From assembly GCA_964441675.1 (NCBI GenBank), contig CAYTVP010000002.1, forward strand, positions 1-36,071: DNA of 36,071 nt. The letters run 5' to 3'. The position numbers and the translations under genes are program-made. The notes below the pieces were generated by a model that was not told the origin of the DNA, did not search any database, and worked only from the letters and a program-made list of their open reading frames with translations. This document shows positions 1 through 6,483 of the stretch, in pieces; within the stretch, counting starts at the first letter, position 1; every line of letters begins with the position of its first letter. This DNA comes from an uncultured Solibacteraceae bacterium. Its GTDB lineage: Bacteria > Acidobacteriota > Terriglobia > Bryobacterales > Bryobacteraceae.

Positions 1-230
1 GCTCGCTACATTCCTTACGTCACTTGTTTGGGAGCATTTTCAACAAGCTCCTAGCAGGCCATTGACGTTGGATAGTGTTGTTCCTTCTCTTTCGAGAGCC
101 GCTTGGCCATCTAGCTAGGAGTCGCCATAGAGACACTGGAGAAAAGTCAGGAAGCCAACTTAGACTGACTAAATCATGAATGCCTATATGATCTGTTCTA
201 GCTGAGACTTGATCTGACAGAGGTTAACGG

Positions 231-578
231 TTAAGCAGGAGCCGAACGGGCTTCTGCGGGATCTTCAAGCTTGCCACAGTATCCATTTCCAAGAGCTTTG
301 AAGCTTCGCCAAATGAAGCCCTTTGTTGGCGTGGCATTTCCCGCCCCGAAGGCCACAGCCAAATGAACTAGGACGTCGATGCGAAAACAGTTTGCTTGCA
401 ATTCTAGCCGAGTCAGAAGTGCACCAAAAGTCGCGGCAACTCTTATCCGATGCAGATTTTGAAGGTCAGCTATGACGTTGGCGTGGTTTTCGGCCATCTC
501 GCCGATTGAAGCCGCAGCAAAGGGCCATACGGCGGCGTCCTCAATTGGATCTTGCATGCGCTTTTGCAAAGCATTCAT
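231..578 (-). CDS. hypothetical protein (115 aa), no recognisable family
   Basis: ATG-started ORF in the lower-GC left flank. I can place no motif. The overlapping + strand ORF 472..687 is judged less likely. Confidence 0.3.
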   Translation of the reverse strand: MNALQKRMQDPIEDAAVWPFAAASIGEMAENHANVIADLQNLHRIRVAATFGALLTRLELQANCFRIDVLVHLAVAFGAGNATPTKGFIWRSFKALGNGYCGKLEDPAEARSAPA

Positions 579-741
579 TATCCCGAAAGCAGAGGGTCAG
601 GCAAGAGCAAGTGGTACGGGCGCTCTTACCACCTCCAGAGCCGCGTGTGTAATACGTGTGTCCGATGAGCTTTTCGTGGCTTTTTAGCCCCTTCTGGACA
701 ACGTAGAATCAATAAGTTGCAATACCTACAACAGCGACCCT

Positions 742-766
742 GGTTCGAGTCCCGCCCGGGTCACCA
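742..766 (+). other. isolated tRNA 3'-end fragment (T-loop, 3' T-stem strand, 3' acceptor strand, discriminator A, CCA); candidate integrase att core or island scar
   Basis: The sequence is GGTTCGAGTCCCGCCCGGGTCACCA: T-loop TTCGAGT, then CCCGC, then CCGGGTC, then A and CCA. The expected 5' T-stem strand GCGGG reads CCTGG. No GACCCGG acceptor 5' strand, D-arm or anticodon arm lies in the preceding ~80 nt. Confidence 0.45.
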
Positions 767-883
767 AAAATCCTCTGTTGTCCGGACCGGAGACATGGGT
801 AACAGATCGTTCCTAAGACATGGGTGACACTTTCGGTCCGAAGGGATTGTCGAGAGGTTGCAAAATTCTGGCCTGGCGGTCCG

Positions 884-2671
884 TCATGGCTTCAGGAAGA
901 AATCGAGCCATTCAAATGCGGCCGCTACTGCACCCGGTGCCGGCGTATGACCGGAGTGGTGGTTCAGGTAGCCAATATGATTGGGCTTACCGAACACCCT
1001 ATACACTTCTTTCGCTGCATTAATGTAATGCCAGCTGTCATTGCCGTCATATTCATCGCCTCCAATCAACAGAAACGGGCGAGGTGCTACGAGGCCGATG
1101 AGCTCATGCTGGTCCGTTCCTTTTGGCGCTTCGTGAATGCGATCTCCGAGATACCAATAGTCGTCGTAGTTCGACATTGAGAAGCCGATGCCTAGTTCTG
1201 ACGATACGACTGCAGCGATTCTCGGCTCAAAGGCAGCGGCATAAAGCGCCATCTTGCCGCCAAGGGAATGGCCGATGATTCCGATTCGAGACGCATCCGC
1301 TTGTGGAATATCCGCAATAAAATCACACAGCCGCCGAGCGTCCGAAATCCACTTTCCCATGCCGGTGGACTCTGGATGCCGCCGGGCGAGATTTGCGACA
1401 GCTTCGCTATACGACTCGCCATAACTTTCCCCGAACCAGCGGATTGCGACGGCGATGTATCCGTGCTGTGCGGCTGTATAGGCAAAAGCATTCACGCCGC
1501 GATCGGCGCTGTAGTTTCTGCCACCAAGGTCCGTAGCCGCGGGAGTATCTACGTCGTAGAAAGGCACAATCACCACAGGACGCGAGCCTTGGTACGCATC
1601 GCGCGGACGAAGAACGTACGCCTTCTCGAATAAACCAAGCTCCAATTCGACCTCGAGCAGCGTTCCGGAAAAATTGCGTTGGGCCACCTCGCGCAGCACA
1701 CGGCTTTTGACGGGACTATCGCCGGTCGCCGGTGGCCGCAAGAGCGTCTGCCACTTATCGCGGAGAGATCGGGAAAGTCCCTCCCACGCCGGCTGGTTGA
1801 CGCCTGGGCGGATCAGCGACGCCAACGATCCAATCGTATTGGCCACGGCGGCTGGGGCATCGTTGAAGCGCTCAAAGAAGTTTGCCGGCACAGCGCTCGG
1901 GGAATCCGGCGCACCACCCGCCCGCACAACGCGAAATCCCGTGAAGATGCTGGCGGAGTCGGGCGACATCGATGAGCGATACCCACGAGACCAGCCGGAC
2001 GTTGTCGATACAAACGACCCTCCCCGAATGACGCGCGCCAATCCGCTCGTGGGACCTCTCGGGTTTCGAATGGAATCCGGACTGATAACGACGTCGAAGT
2101 AGTCGTCGCACCATTCCCAAACGTTCCCATATAGATCGTAGAGGCCGTATTCATTCGGTGCGAGGGACCGCACGGGCAACGGTCCGGCTTCGAGCGCGTC
2201 TCTGAATATGGCCGTGCTCTTGGTGGAATGCGAGCCAAGCTTCGCTGCGGCTGGGATCGTATCTTGCGCTAGCGTGCCGGCGGCGCGCATCCATTCCGCC
2301 TCGGTCGGCAATCGGTACCCTGCGCAGCCAGAACTCCGCTGCCCCGTAGTTTCGTCATAGCAGGGCGGCAGTCCTTCGTTGCGGCTCCGCCGGTTGCAAT
2401 AACGGATCGCGTTCCACCAAGTGACGCCATGAACGGGTTTATCCGCTCCACGGTACTCAGATGGATTTTCCGAGACGACTTTCTCGTATTCTTCTTGGGT
2501 TATCTCAGATGCGCCAATCAGAAACGCGCTCACATGAACCCTTAGCGGCAGCGTGGTGACCTGATCCTGAACTTCATATGTGCCCGCGGGAACCTGAATC
2601 AGATCCTGCGCACCTACGCTGCTTATCGACATAAAACAGAAGATCCACGGAAGAGACGGCGCAGAACTCAT
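884..2671 (-). CDS. secreted fusion protein: N-terminal FGE-sulfatase (SUMF1/PvdO-fold) domain plus C-terminal alpha/beta serine hydrolase
   Basis: 595 aa with an ATG start and a hydrophobic N-terminus (MSSAPSLPWIFCFMSISSVGA). FGE-fold motifs: HGVTWWNAIRYC, YRLPTEAEW, YGNVWEWC, RVIRGGSF (approx nt 1922-2599). Hydrolase part: GIIGHSLGG nucleophile elbow, GGDEYD, HHSGH (approx nt 887-1669). Confidence 0.8.
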   Translation of the reverse strand: MSSAPSLPWIFCFMSISSVGAQDLIQVPAGTYEVQDQVTTLPLRVHVSAFLIGASEITQEEYEKVVSENPSEYRGADKPVHGVTWWNAIRYCNRRSRNEGLPPCYDETTGQRSSGCAGYRLPTEAEWMRAAGTLAQDTIPAAAKLGSHSTKSTAIFRDALEAGPLPVRSLAPNEYGLYDLYGNVWEWCDDYFDVVISPDSIRNPRGPTSGLARVIRGGSFVSTTSGWSRGYRSSMSPDSASIFTGFRVVRAGGAPDSPSAVPANFFERFNDAPAAVANTIGSLASLIRPGVNQPAWEGLSRSLRDKWQTLLRPPATGDSPVKSRVLREVAQRNFSGTLLEVELELGLFEKAYVLRPRDAYQGSRPVVIVPFYDVDTPAATDLGGRNYSADRGVNAFAYTAAQHGYIAVAIRWFGESYGESYSEAVANLARRHPESTGMGKWISDARRLCDFIADIPQADASRIGIIGHSLGGKMALYAAAFEPRIAAVVSSELGIGFSMSNYDDYWYLGDRIHEAPKGTDQHELIGLVAPRPFLLIGGDEYDGNDSWHYINAAKEVYRVFGKPNHIGYLNHHSGHTPAPGAVAAAFEWLDFFLKP

Positions 2672-2690
2672 AAGTCTAGCTATAGCTAAG

Positions 2691-3641
2691 CTACTTTCCC
2701 AGCCACGGCTTCAAATCCGGAAACAGGAATTGGCGCACTGATTCATCGGAAAGCTGCTCCCGAACAATTAGCCGGCTGCCGGAGTCGATCAAAGGCTCCG
2801 GCGTCTGGCCTTTCATCTTGAGGCCGATCGCCTTCGCCGATTCATATCCCATACGGAATGGATCCTGCACGACAAGCGCGTCGATCCAACCGTCACGTAG
2901 ATCATTCACCAACTGTTCCGACGCGTCAAACGCCACAAGCTTCACGTGCCGGGCATTCCGCGATTTCATTGCTTGCACTGCGCCCGCGGAGCTGGATTCA
3001 TTGTCCGCAAACAGTCCGCCCAGATCCCGGTGTGCGGCCAGTACGTTCTCCGTTACCGCCATCGCCTTGGCACGGTCTGCCATTCCGAATTGCAACGCCA
3101 CAATCTGGATTTTGGGGAACTTCGCGTGCATTTCTTCCGCGAAGCCGTCCTCGCGTTCCATCGTCGACGCACTTCCCGGCATAAAACCGATCACTGCCAC
3201 CTTGCCTGTTCCGTTCAGCACTTCCCCCAATCGCCGTGCAGCCATGCGGCCGCCTTCTTTGTTATCTGTCGCAACGTAGCTGACACGCTGGTCTGAATCG
3301 AGCGCAGAGTCGAAAATAGCAACCGGAATTCCCGCCTTTCCGGCGCGCTCTACCACTCCAACCAACGCACGGCGATCAACCGGAGCCAGGACGATTCCCG
3401 CTAACCGCCGGTTCACCATGGAATCCACAATTTCAATCTGACGGCTGGCATCCACTTCGAGTGTTGGGGCATTCCATTCCACATCGAAGCCAAACTCGCG
3501 AGACGCTTTCACCGCTCCAGCGTGTACAGTTTGCCAGAACAGATGGCTGGCGCCCTTTGGGACGACACCGACGACAGGCCTCGACGCATCCCGGCATGCC
3601 AACAGCATCAAGCACATGCCGATCACAAATTTTCGCATCAT
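2691..3641 (-). CDS. periplasmic sugar-binding lipoprotein (type I periplasmic-binding-protein fold, RbsB-like ABC substrate-binding family)
   Basis: VVGVVPKGASHLFWQTVHAGA..., IVLAPVD and VIGFMPGSAST are typical of ribose-type binding proteins. The start is placed at ATG-ATG (3641), giving MMRKFVIGMCLMLLAC with a lipobox LLAC. The track ORF runs up to GTG 3701, which would overlap mutM. Confidence 0.7.
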   Translation of the reverse strand: MMRKFVIGMCLMLLACRDASRPVVGVVPKGASHLFWQTVHAGAVKASREFGFDVEWNAPTLEVDASRQIEIVDSMVNRRLAGIVLAPVDRRALVGVVERAGKAGIPVAIFDSALDSDQRVSYVATDNKEGGRMAARRLGEVLNGTGKVAVIGFMPGSASTMEREDGFAEEMHAKFPKIQIVALQFGMADRAKAMAVTENVLAAHRDLGGLFADNESSSAGAVQAMKSRNARHVKLVAFDASEQLVNDLRDGWIDALVVQDPFRMGYESAKAIGLKMKGQTPEPLIDSGSRLIVREQLSDESVRQFLFPDLKPWLGK

Positions 3642-3650
3642 GGTCAGTGT

Positions 3651-4385
3651 ATGCCTGAGTTGCCGGAAGCCGAAACGATTGCCCGTGTGCTCGAAGGGCA
3701 CCTTGCCGGCCGTTCCCTAGCCGATGCGGGTGTTTTACTCCGGATGCGGAGGCATGGGAAGTGCGTCATTTTCGATTTTGGCGACAAAATACTGCTGGCC
3801 CGTTTGGGAATGACCGGCACATTCCGGCTGCACGGCACACCCGGGCGGTACACGCAGCAATCTTTCGACTTCAGCGGCGTGACGTTGCACTACGATGACA
3901 TCCGCAAGTTCGGCCGGCTGGAATGGCGCCGCGAGGCGCCTGTTTGGGCACCAGACGTGCTCAATATCACTGCCGGTGAGTTTCAATCGCGTCTCAAAGG
4001 TCGTGCCCGGGCGATCAAGCCGCTGCTGCTCGATCAATCAGTTGTGGCGGGGATCGGCAACATCTACGCGGATGAATGTCTCTTTGGAGCGCGAATTCAT
4101 CCCCTATCACCAGCCGCAACGGTAGACGCCGGCAGGCTGTTTCGGTCGATCCGGCGAATTCTCCGAGCGGCGATCGCGTATGGAGGATCGACAATCTCGG
4201 ACTTTCGCGATCCGCTCGGGATGGAGGGTAGGTATCAGAACCAGCACTGTGTATATGGTCGTGCGGGACTGCCCTGCCCCCGCTGTGGGACGCCGATCGT
4301 CCGGTGCGTCGTCACTCAGCGCGGGACGCACTACTGTCGGCAATGTCAGCCCGCCCCCAATAGTTCCCAGCTGACATCCGGATAA
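3651..4385 (+). CDS. mutM: formamidopyrimidine-DNA glycosylase (Fpg/MutM)
   Basis: Begins MPELPEAET (catalytic Pro2/Glu3). Also has RHGK, the H2TH region LLLDQSVVAGIGNIYADE and a C-terminal zinc finger CPRCG...HYCRQCQ. The track ORF start at 3522 is an upstream extension; the ATG is at 3651. The N-terminal domain looks about 20 aa shorter than E. coli Fpg (by eye, from memory). Confidence 0.85.
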   Translation: MPELPEAETIARVLEGHLAGRSLADAGVLLRMRRHGKCVIFDFGDKILLARLGMTGTFRLHGTPGRYTQQSFDFSGVTLHYDDIRKFGRLEWRREAPVWAPDVLNITAGEFQSRLKGRARAIKPLLLDQSVVAGIGNIYADECLFGARIHPLSPAATVDAGRLFRSIRRILRAAIAYGGSTISDFRDPLGMEGRYQNQHCVYGRAGLPCPRCGTPIVRCVVTQRGTHYCRQCQPAPNSSQLTSG

Positions 4386-4386
4386 G

Positions 4387-5274
4387 TTAGGACGCCGGGC
4401 GCCGCCGCTCCGGGCGGGCCGGACCGCTGTCCGGCGCACTAGCCCGCTCCATACGCTCGGTTCGCATCAGCGCGCTGAGGAACACGGCATCTGCCATATC
4501 GACGGCGGCGCGAACAGTGGAAACCTCGGGGGTCCTGATGACTCGCGCGCCATTCATAACAGCCACAGTAGCGGCAGGGCCCGCGGGAAGTTCCGGCGTA
4601 CTGACCGCCAACGGCACTTCCAGCTTTTCGAGAAGCTCCAGATGAGCCAAAATCTCGATGTTCTGCTCGCGGCGTTTTCCAAAGCCTAACGACGGATCCA
4701 CTACTATGCTTTGCGGCGGTACCCCAGCGCGACGCGCGCGCCCAAGACTGGCATCGAGATCTGCAAGCAGGCCCGGTATCGGTTCATTCCAAGGCGGCAT
4801 TTTCGGCCATGCTTCGGGATTTCCGCGCATGTGCCCGGCAATGAAGCCGCCATCGCGTTCCATCACGACCTTCGCGAGGCGCGGATCAAACGTCAGGCCC
4901 GAGGGGTCAAAGATTATTTCGGCCTCGAGATCAAAGGCACGCTCGGCAACGCCTGCCATACCCGTGGCTACACCTACCGGAACGGAGAGCTTGCCCCGCA
5001 GCCGTTTCAATGCCGGCGTGAGACGCCGGATCTCCTCGGCTTCGTCAATCCGCCGCGCCCCGGCAAGCCAAGCCTCAGCCGAAATCAGAATGAGATCCGC
5101 GCCGGATTCCTCCATCTCCACGGACTGCGCGAACGCCCGGTCGCCATCAAGGGCATCGCGGCCTTCCCGGTGGTGCTCCGGCGCAAGATTCAGCATTCCG
5201 GCCACCAGCGTCCGATCGCCGACCGATAACCGGCGCTGTCCAAATCGCCATTCGAACCGGCGGCGCGGTCTCAT
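4387..5274 (-). CDS. dihydropteroate synthase-like (pterin-binding TIM-barrel) protein with degenerate catalytic motifs
   Basis: The overall DHPS layout is recognisable: VAGMLNL..., [11 protein letters not shown]..., [23 protein letters not shown]. Several canonical motif residues appear substituted (see finding). The ATG start overlaps the tyrS stop (ATGA at 5271-5274). Confidence 0.6.
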   Translation of the reverse strand: MRPRRRFEWRFGQRRLSVGDRTLVAGMLNLAPEHHREGRDALDGDRAFAQSVEMEESGADLILISAEAWLAGARRIDEAEEIRRLTPALKRLRGKLSVPVGVATGMAGVAERAFDLEAEIIFDPSGLTFDPRLAKVVMERDGGFIAGHMRGNPEAWPKMPPWNEPIPGLLADLDASLGRARRAGVPPQSIVVDPSLGFGKRREQNIEILAHLELLEKLEVPLAVSTPELPAGPAATVAVMNGARVIRTPEVSTVRAAVDMADAVFLSALMRTERMERASAPDSGPARPERRRPAS

Positions 5275-6392
5275 TTGACGTTCACCGTTACCGGCGGCTT
5301 CTTCCCAACAACCAGCACATGACTGCTTGCTGGTAACTTTTGCGCGGGTATCTGGATCAGCTCGCCATTTACCCGTACGGCGCCACTCTTGATCAACTCG
5401 TCGGCACGCGATACCGACGGGGCATTGCCAGTGGCCACAAGAACTCGATTCAAGCGCGCGTCGGGAACATCGAACTGAGCCATAAAGTCGGCGTTGCGGC
5501 CGTGAAAGTCTTCGATGATTTTCTGAATCAAGGCTTCTTTGGCTTCGCGCGGACGCCCGGAAGATTTCATGGACTCAATCGACGCCAAAGGCTCGTCTGT
5601 CAGAAGTTCCCAGTAGCGCCACATCAACTCATCGGGGATGTTCAGCAGCTTCTGGCGCATGGCTGCCGGAGGCTCCGTGATGCCAACATAATTGCCTTTG
5701 GATTTCGACATCTTCTCAACCCCGTCCAACCCTTCTAAGAGTGGGACGGTCGCTACGATCTGCGGCGGCTGGCCGTAATCGCGCTGAATTTCGCGACCGA
5801 CCAGAAGATTAAACTTCTGATCGGTTCCGCCGAGCTCGACGTCACACTCCAAAGCTACGGAATCATATCCCTGCGCAAGCGGATATAACAACTCATGGAC
5901 GGAAATCGGCGTCCCGTTGCGGTACCGTTTCGAAAAATCATCCCGTTCCAGCAGCCGTGCCACCGTGTACTTTGATGCCAGGCGGACAATATCGGCGAAA
6001 AGCATGCGATCGAACCAGTCGCTATTGAAGCGAATTGTGGTTTTCTGCGGATCGAGAATTTTGAAAACTTGTGACTTGTACGTTTCGGCGTTCCGCACAA
6101 TCTCTTCGCGTGTGAGCGGCGGCCGCGTCAAGTTTCGACCGGTGGGATCGCCGATCATACCGGTCATGTCGCCAATCAGGAAGATGACGGTATGGCCGAG
6201 GTCCTGAAAGTGCTTCATTTTCCGCAGAAGCACGGTATGGCCCAAATGCAGATCCGGGGCTGTCGGGTCAAAGCCGGCTTTTACGCGCAGCGGACGGCCG
6301 AGTTCTAATCTCGCTCGGAGGTCTTCCTCGCGAATGATCTCAGTAACGCCTTTGCGTAGATAAGCCAGTTGCTCGTCAATCGAAATGGACAA
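5271..6392 (-). CDS. tyrS: tyrosine--tRNA ligase (TyrRS, short type with C-terminal S4-like domain)
   Basis: [13 protein letters not shown] (HIGH-class motif), KMSKSKGN (KMSKS) and a C-terminal [16 protein letters not shown]4-like segment. TTG start at 6392 with no in-frame ATG nearby. Confidence 0.9.
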   Translation of the reverse strand: MSISIDEQLAYLRKGVTEIIREEDLRARLELGRPLRVKAGFDPTAPDLHLGHTVLLRKMKHFQDLGHTVIFLIGDMTGMIGDPTGRNLTRPPLTREEIVRNAETYKSQVFKILDPQKTTIRFNSDWFDRMLFADIVRLASKYTVARLLERDDFSKRYRNGTPISVHELLYPLAQGYDSVALECDVELGGTDQKFNLLVGREIQRDYGQPPQIVATVPLLEGLDGVEKMSKSKGNYVGITEPPAAMRQKLLNIPDELMWRYWELLTDEPLASIESMKSSGRPREAKEALIQKIIEDFHGRNADFMAQFDVPDARLNRVLVATGNAPSVSRADELIKSGAVRVNGELIQIPAQKLPASSHVLVVGKKPPVTVNVK

Positions 6393-6432
6393 ACTAACAG
6401 TTTACAGGTGGATGATTTCGGGCGATAACAAT

Positions 6433-6466
6433 GGAAGAAAAGCGGGGCGGTTTTTTGCCACCCCGC
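6433..6466 (-). terminator. rho-independent terminator after the GH114-like/NPCBM gene
   Basis: The minus strand reads GCGGGGTGGC-AAAAAA-CCGCCCCGC followed by TTTTCTTCC. The stem is about 8 bp with one mismatch. It lies 18 nt downstream of the stop at 6484 and upstream of tyrS. Confidence 0.7.
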
Positions 6467-6483
6467 AGTAGCGGACTAGAAGC

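Noticed and set aside
690-766. A possible complete tRNA gene ending in CCA at 766.
   Set aside because: Only the 3' ~25 nt are tRNA-like. Upstream there is no 5' acceptor strand complementary to CCGGGTC at the right distance, and no D-arm or anticodon arm. The 5' T-stem strand is mismatched. It also does not fit a tmRNA 3' end, because the implied 5' end is not GGG.
2677-2688. A perfect 12-bp palindrome TAGCTATAGCTA in the 19-nt gap between the lipoprotein gene and the FGE-fold::hydrolase gene.
   Set aside because: It is too short to exclude chance. It has no partner site or adjacent promoter elements. It may simply provide stop codons in both directions.
3522-3650. The N-terminal extension of mutM suggested by the longest ORF (start 3522).
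   Set aside because: Fpg requires the N-terminal Pro exposed after Met removal. MPELPE begins at ATG 3651, and the extension is antisense to the lipoprotein gene.
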